From the human T2T-CHM13v2.0 reference genome, Homo sapiens: a stretch of DNA of 64,000 nucleotides. Position 1 is the stretch's first letter, and each line of letters opens with the position of its first letter. Where the stretch lies: NCBI RefSeq assembly GCF_009914755.1, contig NC_060925.1, one strand, 5' to 3'. Shown here one piece after another: positions 29,801 to 46,760 of this stretch. A program made the translations under genes and the position numbers. The notes below the pieces were generated by a model. The model was given only the letters and a program-made list of their open reading frames with translations. It was not told the origin of the DNA and made no database searches.

Positions 29801-30146
29801 TTAATCTGTAGTCATTTACATTTCCAGAGTATTTGCTAAAGACTTAGCTTAATGGATTCTCCAAGGGAACCTTTTCAGATTTAGTCAGATCGTGAACAGA
29901 ATCTCAGTTCACATACTCAAACCATCCTGCTTATTTCAGGGGTGAAGTTTATTTTATTTTGAAGAAAGGGTTTATCAGAGTTTAAACAGGAGTTCGGGAG
30001 GAAGGTTTAAACCATGTAATAAAAGTGTTACACACTTTATAAATCTATAAATAATATCAATTGCAAGCTATTTGCTATTGATTAGAGCCAGTTTTATTCT
30101 TCAAAGAATTATCTAGTTCTGGCTTATTTCATTTAAGGAAGTTTTT

Positions 30147-30437
30147 TTTTTGGGTTTTTTTTTTTTTTTTTGAGACAGAGTCTCACTCTGTCACCCAGGC
30201 TGGAGTGCAGTGGCACGATCTCGGCTCACTGCAACCACCACCTCCCGGGTTCAAGCAATTCCCTGCCTCAGGCTCCCAAGTAGCTGGGACTACAGGCACC
30301 CGCCACCAAGCCCAGCTAATTTTTGTATTTTTAGTAGAGACGGGGCTTCACCGTCTTGGCCAGGCTGGTCTCCATCTCCTGACCTCGTGATCTACCCAAA
30401 GTGTTGGGATTACAGGCGTGAGCCACCGTACCTGGCC
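30147..30437 (-). mobile_element. AluS (Sg/Sc-like)
   Basis: Antisense Alu; perfect TSD CATTTAAGGAAGTTTTT at 30130-30146 and 30438-30454. Confidence 0.95.
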
Positions 30438-31164
30438 CATTTAAGGAAGTTTTTAATACAAAGTTTACCAAGTCATTATTTTCTCCTTCCTTCAGATTAG
30501 TCCTAATGAGTTAGAATTTACTATAGTGTATGTGGGTTTTTAATTTTCTTTTTATCATTATATTCTGGTATTTTAAATTTTTAATAGGATAGGAGGTTCT
30601 AGAGATATTACATTGGCTTTGTGAAGTATAGACATATGGTTGGGCTCTGAGTATTGGCACCCTAATGCCCATCACCATTTCTAGGCATCTCTTCATAATT
30701 CTTTCAGAAAGCAAGACCATTTGCCAACTTTAGGAATGTGCTACAAGGGAATATTCTGAAACAAAAACCAAAAAACCCCAGTAGCACTATGAGATTCTGT
30801 TTTCTGAAAGATTTGGGAAGAAGGGTAAAGAGTTTAATCTGTCAGGGTTATAAGAGGGGAAAAAAACTTGATGGAATGTGAGAAAGATTTATAAAATTGA
30901 ACATATACTAAACGAAATTGGTTCTTAACCTTAGCCCCTCCTCCCAAATCCTGCAGAAACAATTGGGAAGAGACAGTGATTGACGTGTTGGGAGAAGTCA
31001 GAGAGTAGCCTCGGCCTTCCCCCATTTCTGGTGGGAAAGTTGCTGGCTTAGTAGGAACCATGTGATTACATGGCTTTTAGGGAAAGACAATGTATCCTTA
31101 AAAAAAAAAACATTTCATGGATTTTCCTTATAAGTTTTCAACTTTTTGTCTTCCTTTTGTATAG

Positions 31165-31287
<123 letters not shown>

Positions 31288-32775
31288 TGAACTCCATGTC
31301 CTCTCTAATCTCTCTTCCCTGTTTGCTACCAGTGCTCTTCACTTAGCAATCTGAAAATACCTCATGTTATGACTGCCCACCTTTGTGCTGAAAACTGTTA
31401 GTGGCTGGGCAGTGGGAATGTTCTGCAGCCAAGCTAGTAGCTGGGGAAGCTTTTGTCGACTCGAGACTTTCTTCCCCCTGGCTGTCTGTGTGTGTGGTCT
31501 GTGGCCAGTGCCCAGTTGGTAGGACTGGGCTAGTTCCCATTCCCACATTGATCCGCCCATTTCAAAAGGAAGAAATCAATGCTATTTTGGCTGACAGAAT
31601 TGGACTTAAAAAAGAAGTGCATTTTGAAGCACGATTTCTTTGTGTAAAATATACCCTGTCACCTATCTCTTTCTTTCTTGTCTCCAAGACTGCTTAGATT
31701 GTAACAATAAAATTAGTATTTTGGCTTCTCTTATTTATTAGGTTATTCTTTCTGTTGGAATATCCTCCCCTGTTAGACTCTGGAGCAGGAAAGATTCAGA
31801 CTACTGTAATGTAACTCCAGCTCTGTTTCTTTTTAGTTCTCTCCTCCTGTCTTAACTCTCTGTAAATAAAGTCTTTTTCTGTTTTGTATTGTGTCTTTCC
31901 CAACTATAGAGCATGTATTAGAAAATTAGCATGGAAAAGAATATAGAATCTTGGCAGATGAATACAGGAGAAAACATTAGGGACATCTAATGGGGCATCC
32001 AATACAACCTTGTCATTGTTTAACTGAAGACTCATTGTTAAAAGATTAAGAGGTTACAGATTGCTATTAATGTCAGCAGAGATATTTGTACCAAAAGCCA
32101 TTCATTGTCCTTTGCCAGAATACCTTTTGCATTGTATTATCAACATTAAGGATTAACATAAATGAAAAGCTGTTATATATGATCCTGGAGTGACAGATAA
32201 AAAGTGGTGTGTGACAAGCAGGCTAACTGTAGCCAAGAAAGAAGAAAAATTAATTGTGAAAAATTGAGTTATGAGAGGAAGAACGATAAAACGACTGAAG
32301 AAGGCTTTTAAAAAGTCTTCAAAGATCTTGACGGCCATGTTACAGAAATGTATTAGAGCCTTTTAAAAAGCTTAGTGATATGGTTAAAATGTCATAGTGG
32401 GGAAGATAATCTTTAGTAGTATTTGTGTTAGCTGGACAGGAGGAGGACCTGTACATAGAAGTCAGTCAGTGAGAGAGTCCAGGTATACTAGCAGAAACCG
32501 TGATGAGGAAAGTACTCAATTCAGAGAGGAAAGAAGTGATTTGAGAGGTAAGGAATGATTGTTGTATATCCTCTTGCATATCTGTCAGATAAGTGGTATT
32601 TTTAGCTTTTATGTGAAACCACTTTTTAAAGTTGATCATTTTGACAGACTTTCCCAGGGCTATCAGTAGAACCAGAGCTGTTTGCCTTTTGTGCCATTTC
32701 TTTCTTTCTCTATTCCTTGAGCACAACTTAGTGTAAAATCCCTTGTAAGACTATCTTATCACTTTTGTCTATATC

Positions 32776-32961
32776 CATGGTTCTCAAAGTGTGATCCTCT
32801 GACTAGCAGCATCAGCAACACCTGGTAACTTGTTGGAACTACTAATGCTTAGGTGCCACTCCATACCTGCCAGATGGGAAACTGGCCACAGGGTCTAGCA
32901 ATATATGTTTTAACAAACCTTCCATGTGATCCTGATAGATGCTTGAATTTGAGAACCAGTG
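32776..32961. mobile_element. MER5A hAT-Charlie MITE
   Basis: TGGTTCTCAAAGTGTG...CAGCATCAGCA...TTTGAGAACCAGTG, ~186 bp. Confidence 0.8.
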
Positions 32962-33259
32962 ATCTATAGAAATAGCATTCCTTATCTGCCCTAAATTATT
33001 CTTCTGTTTTTGCCAGGTCTGGTTCCAATCCAGATGGGACCAAGTACCTCTATTATCTGGGATTACTATAGCTGCAGGTTTATAATCAGTGGTCCCTTGT
33101 CATAGGCACTAATAGCACAGTATTGTTAGGGTGGGTGAAAGAGCTGCAACATGGAAGTACCCACAACAGTTTCATTCATACCACCTATTAGAACCTAGAG
33201 GAGCAGAACTGAGAGCGTTGTAAAAGGTAGCTCCAATTAAGGGTGTTCCCTTAACTTAA

Positions 33260-33565
<306 letters not shown>

Positions 33566-34293
33566 TGAAAGCTGACTTGAAAGTGTACTGGGAAGAAAGA
33601 CAGTATTATGGACTTTCGGATAAACACTTCTCTCTCTATGGAACTTAAGTCTTGGGATTTTGTTCTCTCTTCCTTCTGTTCTCAGCATGTGGTGATTACA
33701 CACAGAGTAGTTTCTGTTTTCCTCCTTGCCCCACCCCACCACTGTATTCAAAGATCTACATGGCAGAATTGACAAGTCCTAGATCACTACGTGGTAGTTG
33801 GTTATATGGGATCTTACTATAGCTGCCAATGGCAGAGACCCAGATTGCCCAGAAGCAGCTGATGAGGAAGGGTTTTAAGGTAAGGATGTGGTGACCTAGA
33901 GTCTTGTTTGGTCCTGAGCACCCTCTGCTGGAGCAGAGTAAAAGTGACTGACAGTTAAATCTTGGTTTCTCTACCCCAGCCACTCCCAGTAAGGTCCTCT
34001 TTACTCTTGTGTTGTTTACACATTGAAGGCATGTTCTATACTGAGAGAGAATAGAGAAACCAAACAGACTGACAGGACATGGTAAGACAGCATAGAAAAA
34101 CAGAAGTTAGTGGTTTCGGCTGAGGGTACAGTCTTTCTGGTCTGATGATTATATATAGGAATCTATTAGCCAATGCCTTAACTATTTTCCTCTCTTCCCA
34201 AATGAATGATGAGACTCACCCTTCATTTTGATCAGTTTTAAGGATTTACTTCATTCTCTGTTCAGTCCTCTGTGTATAAAGCTGAAGCAGTAG

Positions 34294-34623
<330 letters not shown>

Positions 34624-34907
34624 TGATAAGGGGAAGAAAGAAATCAATTTTTTTTTTTTCACTTTTCCTTTCCTAACTCGCCAACCTCCAAATGCTAACT
34701 ATTAATAGGATCTCCCTGTTACACAATAATGGGGTTTTCTGGGTTTTTTTTTAATATGTAAACCCACTTTCAGCAAACTTGACCTAGGAAAGTCTAGATT
34801 TGCAAACATATGATTGTTATAAAATGTTATAAAGACTTTTAGAAACCTATGTTTTATGCAAAGTTAAATACCAGTGCACCACCTCGCTGGAGTACACCCT
34901 TTTGTAA

Positions 34908-35183
<276 letters not shown>

Positions 35184-35558
35184 TAACTTTTTTGTATCAA
35201 AATTGTCATTACAATATCATATATGTCTAGAGGCTATAAAATTGTGCATGATAAAAACCTCAACAGGAAGAAAGTGGATAATAAAATTAAGATGGATATC
35301 CATGGTGGAATATTATGTAGTCATTAAAAATGGCCTTTGAAAATAATCTAATGGCATGGGGTCATGCCCAGTTCTAGTGTTAGTTGAACGAGGAAGAATG
35401 TTAAACTATATAAGTGCCATCAATTTTGTGAGAGAGCACAAGTAAGAAGTACCTTTCATATTGATAGTGCATTAAATAATTTGGTATTCAGTATGGCATT
35501 GAAAATATATGAGCTATTTGTGAGTTTAATTAAACGTAAAATAATTTTTTATTATTCA

Positions 35559-35862
35559 GGCCAGGCCTGGTGGCCCACGCCTATAATCCCAGCACTTTGG
35601 GAGGCCGAGGCGGGCAGATCACTTGAGGCCAAGAGTTCAAGAACGGTCTGGCCAACATGGTGAAACCCCACCTCTACTAAAAATACAAAAGTTAGCCGGG
35701 AGTGGTGGTGTGCGCCTGTAATCTCAGCTACTCAGGAGGCTGAGGTAGGAGAACCACTTGAACCTGGGAGGCAGAGGCTGCAGTGAGCCGAGATCATGCC
35801 ACTGCACTGCAGCCTGGGCGACAGAGTGAAACTCCATCTCAAAAATTAATAACAATAATAAT
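35559..35862 (+). mobile_element. AluS
   Basis: Full Alu; TSD AATAATTTTT(T)ATTATTCA. Confidence 0.94.
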
Positions 35863-35902
35863 AATTTTTATTATTCAAATATTCAGAAGAAAATCACCGT
35901 GA

Positions 35903-36231
<329 letters not shown>

Positions 36232-36874
36232 GGACCTCTCATCTTTTTAAGATCCTCAGAAAGCAACTTTATAATACTTTTGGGTTTTTTTGTTTATTCT
36301 TTTCTGATAAGTGTTCACTGCAAAAAATTTAGGAAGTTCCCCAAAACCCTACAATCCCACTACATAGAGTATTTGATTAATGTTTTTCCTTTTCCTTTCT
36401 TCTACTTTACATAAATTCTAATATGTATACAGTTTTATAACCTAAATACAATATTTTCAGACGTAGTTTTCCATGTCACTGAAAACTTTGACAGCATCAT
36501 TTGTAATAGTCATTCATATGGCTATGTGATTTCACCTCACTATTTTCCTAATGGAGAACATTTAGGTTGTTTCAAGATGTTTACTAATATCAATAATGCT
36601 CCAGTTAACAACTTTTATTAATTCCCACTTCATTTTATCTCCTTCTAAGTATAAAATTAGTCCAGAGAAAGGAACACTTTAAGGTTCCAAACTACTTTTA
36701 AAGCAAAAATTCCTTAATTTCTTAACCTAATTAATTTCTGAACCAAAAGTGATTCTTTGACTTTTGGCTCTGAATTTTTTCCCTTCTGAAATTGTTTCTT
36801 TTGCCTTTTTCTCTTCACATGGATCTCAGAAAGTGATTTGGTACAGGACACTCCTCAAAGGAGGAATCAGCTGA

Positions 36875-37015
<141 letters not shown>

Positions 37016-37555
37016 TGACAATAGATTTATTTCCTTTTTTTCCCTCAAAGCATGGTTCCCTAAATATGTTTTGGATGTTTGGTCTTATGCACTGACTTTG
37101 TTGCTAAAGTGTTTAGCTTGATACCTATTCAGAATGGGTCTGAGTACTGAATGGAAAGGTGGGGGAAGGGTAAGACTAGCTGAACACATGGCTCAAACAC
37201 ACCAGAACAAAATAGTGGTGCTTCTTTGGAGTAGGATTCTGCTTTCTTTCCTTCCTGCCCCAGTTCTCCTTTTGCATTCAAAGGGGCTATATATTTCAAG
37301 ACTCTAGACTAAAAATGAGTCTGTGATTAGCTTAATACTCATCACTGTAGCCTAAAGCAAACCTAGGAATCCTTTTAACCATTTTACACCAACAAATTTG
37401 ACTGTATTTCCACTCTCTAAGCCTGCTCTAGGGAGCTCTGAGGAGTACTCTTCCAAAACATACAGGGCTCTCTTACTAGTACAGAAAGTGGGTTCAAAGT
37501 TCCCCCCAGCCCTAGCAGCCTGAATGCCCATAGAAGTCTTCTGGCTGTTCTATAG

Positions 37556-37663
<108 letters not shown>

Positions 37664-38359
37664 TAACAGATTCTGGAGTAGCTGCCCCTTGTGTCCTTGC
37701 CTCAGCAAACTCTCCTGGTCTCTGTTAGGCTTTAGGACTGTGTTTCAGACTTATAACTAAATGGGAATATCTTCATTAGATAAAACTTTTGAGTTTTTAC
37801 TTTTGAAAAATCAAGTTGATCCTAGAAGGAAGTTATTTCAGGTTCTAGTTCATACATTTTTCTCTCCCATTTACTCCATTGAGTGATTCTCAACTAGTGT
37901 TGAGGGGCGGGTAGGGAATAAATGTATCTTGAAAAACTGTATTCAATATTGTATTATCATTTTATATTTGAAATATGAAAAACAATCCTATTGTAAAACT
38001 ACATGTTATACACACTACAAAAAGTAAAACTGGGCAAAATATTCTTGGCTTGTTGGAATACTGAAAAGATATCTGAAAGAGTGTTTCTTGGGGGCACATT
38101 GCGCATGCTTACTCACACACACACGGAACCATATCAGAATCATTGATAGTCTTTGTTTATCAGAAGTAGGCATGGGTTTCTATTGAAAAATGCTGATCAA
38201 AGGAAATAACACTCCCTATAAAGGGAAGAGAAGTACATTTCTTCAATTGAAAGGCTTTTTTTTTTCTTCCAAAAAAGGGGTAAAGGGAGAAGAAAATGAA
38301 AAGAAGTGTGGAGGGATGACAAGGAAATAATCATGTTTTCTAATATCCTTGGGCAATAA

Positions 38360-38593
<234 letters not shown>

Positions 38594-38778
38594 TAGGTTG
38601 AATGTATATATATTCAAACTTCTAGGGGCTCTGGTCTTCCTTTGGCTTTAAAAGTTTATTAGAGGGACCATTTCATACTGAGCTCAACCAGCTTCCAATT
38701 GATATTCTCATGGGCATTGGCCCACACTTTTAACTTTGTGAAGAGGGACTGAGTTTGAGCTATTAACGTTTGAGTTGA

Positions 38779-38919
<141 letters not shown>

Positions 38920-39599
38920 TAAAGGAGGCTTGTGCTGTCAATCTAGAGTCACTGATACAAGGTTTAAATTTTTTTAGATAATGTATCTCAAACAATAGCA
39001 AAAGCCTTTTATTCAGATTTATGAATAGAAACATACAAAATGAATTGAGTTTTCAGATTTTACCATTTTGCCTTGTGGAATAGATACTAGTATCATCTTC
39101 CCCAATTATAACAATAACCTTTAATGAGACTTAATTCAAGTGAATATATAGCATTTTAGCCCCACAAGTGACTTGCAGTAGAATTAAGGGTGGAATCTGA
39201 AATGGCATATAGTTGAATATCTCCAAACTGGAATAGGTCACATATTTTGTTGTCTTCAGCAATGACCCAAAGAAGTTCCTGAGCTACGAGGGTATCCTTG
39301 AGTAGATTCTTCTCAAGTAAGAGAATAGGAAATTAGAGGTTGCTTAGAGTAAGTTGCTTTTGCTTAGTCTTGTTTCCCTGATGAAAACTGCTATGCAAAG
39401 CCCCAGTCCTTCCTATGACATGTCTGCTAAATTACCTCTCTAACTGAGGTTCACAACGTAATCTGGGTCTGTTTCTGTTCTGCTTGGGATTGGAGCGTCT
39501 GTGCAGCTGCTCACCAGATGACAGGCTATTTCATGAAGGTTAATTCCTGTCTCACAAATAACCTACCTACCCTAAATATCCATGACTTAATGAACCTAA

Positions 39600-39716
<117 letters not shown>

Positions 39717-40018
39717 TAAGAACAGAGTGATAATACTATTAGATTCACTCTAGGTGCTTTATGTTATTGAGAGTTCATAATTGAGTATATTAATCATTTT
39801 TGCAGAAATCACCTAGGGGAAGAGAAGGCTAGGACTGCTCTGTTCTTCTCACTCTAACCCTAGGGCTCTCTGAGAGCCTCTTGGCATTTTTCCTTCCTAG
39901 AGGGAGTCTTGGGGACTCTGAAGAGGCCAGTGTATATAGTTTAGCAGAGCTTATCACTCACCATTCCTGTGAGGTGGCACTGGATCCAACTAGAAGGGGA
40001 TCTTGTCTCATTTCATGA

Positions 40019-40153
<135 letters not shown>

Positions 40154-40359
40154 TAACTTGCATAGAGAAGTGTTTATTCAGAGGCTAAATCTTGAAAGTA
40201 GTCTGAGTGACTTTCATACAAAGGAGGTGAGACCTCTGTTCAGTATAAAGGTCTCAGAACTAGAATAAGCTATCAGAACCTTAACATGTTTTCCAGAGTA
40301 AAAAACTTTTTTCCCTGGTGACTTTTTATACTGCTTGATCTGAAGACCAGATAGCCTAA

Positions 40360-40647
<288 letters not shown>

Positions 40648-40659
40648 TAATAACCATAG

Positions 40660-40824
<165 letters not shown>

Positions 40825-41122
40825 TAGTTAGATCTATGAGGGGGGAGGGGAGGGAAACAAATATTAGGCCTATGTTTCCCTGAATTTTATCTTTGGAGAG
40901 AGAGATATTTCACAAATTGGTCCCCAAAATAAAACCACTTTAAAAAAATCTACTTTTTACTAAGTAACACTATTTCCTAACCACAGCTGATTCTTTAACC
41001 TTTCAGACTCAGATGGATTTGCAGAAAATAGGAAAAAGCCTAGAGTCCTGATCTGGAACTGTAATTCTTCCTCTTCCAACTGAGTCTAGAGGGGTGTAAA
41101 GTCCTCTCCCGCTTTGGCTTGA

Positions 41123-41317
<195 letters not shown>

Positions 41318-41679
41318 TGAGGGTGTACTGTACTATGTTCTCATCATCCTATTCTTTTTTGATGTAATAAATTGTGGAAACAGGTATTCTTAAGTATAGA
41401 AAAGAGTCACTAAGTCAGTATTCGTTGAATTGGCTGTTTTAGTTGAGAATATAATGTTCCAGCTTAGTTTTATTTGATTTGTTCTTTCGTTAGGAACTAA
41501 ACAAAAACAACAAATCCTCTTAGGATGTGTGCTGCCCTTTAGTATAGGCAAAGTCCTAGGTACTGTGACTGTGGTAGATCACTGTAGTACTTACCCAAAT
41601 GCTGTTTAACCTGGTTTTATTTTTATGTGCCTGTCTAAGAAATATTTTTGTGCTTTCTGGCCTTCTTTTCCCACCTTAG

Positions 41680-41758
41680 GCTTTGGCACTGATAGAACTC
41701 TATAATGCACCCGAGGGGCGATACAAGCAGGATGTGTACTTGCTTCCTAAGAAAATGG
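41680..41758 (+). CDS. AHCYL1: AHCYL1 exon 15
   Basis: ccttag|GCT; ALALIELYNAPEGRYKQDVYLLPKKM; TGG|GTGAGT. Confidence 0.97.
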
Positions 41759-42825
41759 GTGAGTGAAAAACAGTGGAAATCTATGCAGACAGCTGCATAG
41801 TTTGGTAAAATGACTGCCATGAAAGGCATTGGATTTAGAGTCAGAGTTCCAATTCCTGTTCCTGTGCTTACTGGTTGTTTGACCTCAGGACAAGTTCTAA
41901 TCTCTATGATCCTCAGTTTCTTGATTGGTAAAATGAAAATAATACTACATACATTGTAGAATTGTGTGAGAATCACAGCTAATGAGTAACAGTGCTTAAC
42001 ACAATGGTTTAGGGAGATGTTCTTACTCTAAGTAGCCTTATGAAGTTCAGTAAACTTCCCAGTGCAGCTGAGTACATACAGCCTTGGAACAAAATGAGAG
42101 AAACAAACACAGGTTTTATTGTCCATTTTCTGTGAGGATATGCAAACCATCCAATCTCTTGTAAGCAACCCATGCTGTGTTCATGTGACATAATACATCA
42201 TCTCTAGTCCTTTGCCTTTCTGCACGGTGTACCCATCTCCCATATCTCCTTGGCTAGCCCAAATCCCTGACTTCTTAATGCTAAAATACTTCTTGCTCTC
42301 CTCTCCTCCAATAGCTTACTTCAGACTTTTTTTTCAGTGTATAATTATAAAAGGGAAGCTTATCTATGGAAAAGTAAAAATTCTGTGCCGACTACCTTAG
42401 AAATTCATGATCCTAAGATCCATGGATCTTATCCTAAATGAGTGTTATTGACACAGGGTCTTTCTAGCTTACTGGTGTCCACTTTGATTGCTAATTTGAC
42501 TATAATCTAGTTAAGGAGGTTGCTGCAGGAAGGTAGGAGTAGCATGTGACATGTGGGCCACTGCAGGGAAGCCCCCTGCTTTGCCAGAGAAGGATAGAGA
42601 GGTAAAAGCCCACTCCCTTTTGTTACCCTGGTAAGTGGCTTTTCTGAACGCACTGTACATGTGCTGAGAGAAGCATCCTGCCCAGAAAGGCAGCTTTGAG
42701 GTTTTTTTTTTAATTAAGCAAATATTTCAAGTTGTGGATTCTTTCAGAGTTATTCCATCCCTTGTCTGCTTTCTTAAAAAAGCTTCAAATGAAAATGGGA
42801 AGTTATAACTTGAGAGACATTTTGA

Positions 42826-42984
<159 letters not shown>

Positions 42985-43107
42985 TAACCTGGGGAGAAGC
43001 AAGTGAAAAGCTCTTTTTCCCAGTATTAAACCAAGCAGGCTAGCCTGCTTCTGACATAAAGATCAAATGTTGTACCTGATTTTGAAGAATACAAGAAATC
43101 TGTTCCA

Positions 43108-43397
43108 GGCCAGGCACGGTGGCTCACGCCTGTAATCCCAGCACTTTGAGAGGCCTAGGCGGATGGATCACTTGAGGTCAGGAGTTCAAGACCAGCCTGG
43201 CCAACATGGCGAAACCCTATCTCTTAGCCGGGTGTGGTGGCGGGCACCTGTCATCCCAGTTACTCAGGTGGCTGAGGCACGAGAATCACTTGAACCTGGG
43301 AGGCGGAGGTTGCAGTGAGCTGGGATCATGCCACTGCACTCCAGCCTGGGTGATGGAGTGAGACTCTGTCTTAAAAACAAACAAACAAACAAAAAAA
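43108..43397 (+). mobile_element. AluS lacking the central A-rich linker
   Basis: ...CCCTATCTCT|TAGCCGGG...; (AAAC)n tail; TSD CTGTTCCAG. Confidence 0.93.
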
Positions 43398-43469
43398 CTG
43401 TTCCAGTTAACAAGGTAGATAGAGAAATTGTGGGAGATATCAGGGAGTTAGGGTTTTTTTGAAATTTTG

Positions 43470-43596
43470 GAGCCTGGGCCTCACCCTAAGAGATTCTGAT
43501 ATATTTGGTCTGCGATGGGACCAAATTTACAAAACATTATTTTGTAAAACCTCCCCAGATTATTGTAATGTTTAGTCAGGGTTGAAAAAACACTGA
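43470..43596. mobile_element. MER5-like fragment
   Basis: CTGGGCCTCACCC..AGAGATTCTGAT...CAGGGTTGAAAAAACACTG. Confidence 0.55.
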
Positions 43597-43805
43597 CTCA
43601 TTCCTGGGAACAGGCGGTAACACCAGAAATGGCATTGTCAGAGACCCTGTGGAAGAATAAGGGAGACTGGTGCCCTGGGGAATGACTGCAGGGATCCCAC
43701 CCAGGCTGGGGAGGGGCCCTGGAGAAGGTGCTCTGTTTCCGATTGTTTTTTGGAATTCTCATATGGAAGACATAAGTGTTAACCAATCACTCTCTCTCTT
43801 TACAG

Positions 43806-43812
43806 ATACTAA
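43806..43812 (+). CDS. AHCYL1: AHCYL1 exon 17 coding part (last base of Arg529, Tyr530, stop)
   Basis: ctcttttacag|A TAC TAA completes the family-conserved YRY* terminus. Confidence 0.93.
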
Positions 43813-45880
43813 TGGACCATACTACCAAGGACCAGTCCACCTGAACCACACACTCTAAAGAAATATTTTTTAAGATAACTTTTATTTTCTTCTTACTCCT
43901 TTCCTCTTGATTTTTTTCCTATAATTTCATTCTTGTTTTTTCATCTCATTATCCAAGTTCTGCAGACCACACAGGAACTTGCTTCATGGCTCTTTAGATG
44001 AAATAGAAGTTCAGGGTTCCTCACTCTAGTCACTAAAGAAGGATTTTACTCTCCCAGCCCAGAAAGGTGATTCTTTCTTTACCATTTCTGGGGACTTTAG
44101 TCTTAATTAGGTACCTTATTAACAGGAAATGCTAAGGTACCTTCTCTGTGGAACAATCTGCAATGTCTAAATCGCCTTAAAAGAGCCCATTTCTTAGCTG
44201 CTGAAATCAGTGCTCTTTCACTTCTTCAGAGAAGCAGGGATGGTACCTACCCGGCAGGTAGGTTAGATGTGGGTGGTGCATGTTAATTTCCCTTAGAAGT
44301 TCCAAGCCCTGTTTCCTGCGTAAAGGTGGTATGTCCAGTTCAGAGATGTGTATAATGAGCATGGCTTGTTAAGATCAGGAGGCCCACTTGGATTTATAGT
44401 ATAGCCCTTCCTCCACTCCCACCAGACTTGCTCATTTTTCGAGTTTTTAACTAGACTACACTCTATTGAGTTTAATTTTGTCCTCTAGGATTTATTTCTG
44501 TTGTCCAAAAAAAAAAAAAAAGAAAAGAAAAATTAAGGAGAATTTTTGGTGTTAATGCTGAGGAATTGCTTGAGTGGTTAGTTGTTACCAATTTCTCTTT
44601 TGAACCTTTGGAGCTAAGGATGCTGAGTCTAGAGAAATGCTAGTCTCAAGCCCTGTTAAGTCCCTCTGTTTCTAGCCCGTAGTTCATAGCATCAGTGAAC
44701 TGGAGCCACAACAGCAAATTCTATCAGCTGTGTACCATACAGCTTGTGCTGAAGGCGAATTTCTTGAGCCATTACTCAGTATAAAGCACTGAGTTCTATC
44801 TTTAGGATTTATCTTTAAGAGCAAATTTCTGGTCAGCTGTGCTTCTGCAACCTAAAATATTTAAAGGGAGGTAGGTGTGGGCAGGAGGAGGAATGATAAA
44901 TTGGGCCAGGGCAAGAAAAATCTAGCTTCATATAATTTGTCTGGGACTATACACCCTATATAATGTTAGTTTTACAGAAGTAATATGACTTTTGATTGCT
45001 ACATACCACAAAGAGTTTATGAACTGAGATCATAAAGGGCAACTGATGTGTGAAGAAAGTAGTCAGTACATCCTGGCTCATGCTCTGAAAGAATATCCAG
45101 AGAGGCTCTCTCAAAGATCAGGGAGATGTATTCCCATGCCATGCACCCTGCTTCCCAGCATTTCTGCATGGTCAAGTGAGCTTTATGCTCATGAGCTTTA
45201 AGTATATAATTATCCAGGATTTTAAATCCTCAACTTGTTCTAGCTTGTGATCCCTCAAAGTTGGGTCATACGTTAGTGCTAGATACTAGAAATTTTCACT
45301 TTTCCACTGATCAGAGAGACAGACATTAAAAACAAAAATAGAAGAAAGGAAAGCTTTCACCCTGCAGCTTCTTAGCAGGGAACAATTGTCTTGCCAAAAC
45401 TTTTTTCCCTTTTCTCTCCCATTTTCTTTTACCCAATCCCTTCTTACTCCTTGCCAGTGTGACCATGCTTTCTTCTCTGTAGATGTTAACAGTTAAGGCC
45501 TATTTTCCTCGGGCACTTAACCAACCAATCAGAACACCACATCTGTTAGGGGAGGTAACCTGGCCAACAGTGTATCCATCACGTTAGCCCTGCTGGAGGG
45601 AAGGGACCCACATTCACCTGCCCTCTGACCTGCCCCTTGATCCCATATCTATTACCGTGTCCATAGGAATAATAGGTAAGGGCTCTGTCTCTGTCAAGCC
45701 ATGTAACAAAGGACACTGTTAAAAAAAAAAAAAAGTCTGGCATCAGAGGGAGCATGTGGAGAGCAACTTGGGAAGAACAAGTTCATTTTGTATTGAATGA
45801 TTTTTAATGAATGCAATATTAATCCTTGCAGATGAGCAATAATCATTAAAATCGATTAAAATGATAAGACCTTATTGGCA
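43813..45880 (+). other. AHCYL1: AHCYL1 3'UTR (~2 kb)
   Basis: Repeat-free AT-rich sequence from the stop codon to the polyA signals; end approximate. Confidence 0.8.
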
Positions 45881-45902
45881 GTCCGTATGTGTCATTCTTT
45901 GT
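45845..45902 (+). terminator. AHCYL1: AHCYL1 polyadenylation signal (tandem ATTAAA) with downstream GU/U-rich element
   Basis: ATTAAA 45845-45850 and 45855-45860; upstream TGTA 45789; downstream GTCCGTATGTGTCATTCTTTGT. Confidence 0.75.
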
Positions 45903-46240
45903 TAAACAGCAAAACTTCATTAGAACCTGTTTTCTAGGGTGTGACAAGTTATAGGTCAGTAGCATTTAATAGAGATTTGTTGAGGGCCTAATATATAGAG
46001 GCTGGATACAGGATTCTTCAAAGTAATACCTGAAGTTTTGTATGCCTGCTCTGTGCCAAGCACCGGGCCTGGGTACTTTCACTCCTAACTTCCTTCAGGA
46101 AGCAGACTTGCTGCTTAAGCCTCAGGGTTCCTCATTTGCATAGTCCTTCTAAGACCTAATTTCTGAAGAATGCCCCCAAAGTTATGTAAGCTTCAGCCTC
46201 CTCCCACACCTGTATCCATTTCTGAAGTGGTCTCAGTGTC

Positions 46241-46518
<278 letters not shown>

Positions 46519-46544
46519 AGTGTCTTCTGATGTAAGAAAGTATT

Positions 46545-46760
46545 TATCTTGGTCAGTTTCTGCTGCTCCAGCAAAATCCTGAGACTGAGTAATTTATAAA
46601 GAACAGAAATTGATATTCTCACAGTTGGAGGCTGGGAAGTCCAAGGTCAAGTCGTTGGCAGATTTGGTGTCTGAAGAGGGCTGCTGCCTGCTTCCAAGAT
46701 GGTACCTCTTATGCATCCTCATATAGCAGAAGGTAGAAGGGCAAAAAGGACCTAACTATT
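46545..46760 (-). mobile_element. Partial MaLR LTR (MST-like)
   Basis: AGACTGAGTAATTTATAAAGAACAGAAAT...GGAGGCTGGGAAGTCCAAG...CTTCCAAGATGG. Confidence 0.7.

Noticed and set aside
42414-42431. Perfect 18-bp palindrome TAAGATCCATGGATCTTA
   Set aside because: About 0.25 expected by chance in 64 kb (64000/4^9); no supporting context
43810-43878. Stop-codon readthrough of AHCYL1
   Set aside because: TAA-T is not a leaky context (no TGA-CTAG)
44507-44532. A-rich tract as a polyA site or retrocopy tail
   Set aside because: Genomic A15 with no upstream hexamer or TSD; more likely a source of oligo-dT internal priming (same for A14 at 45721)
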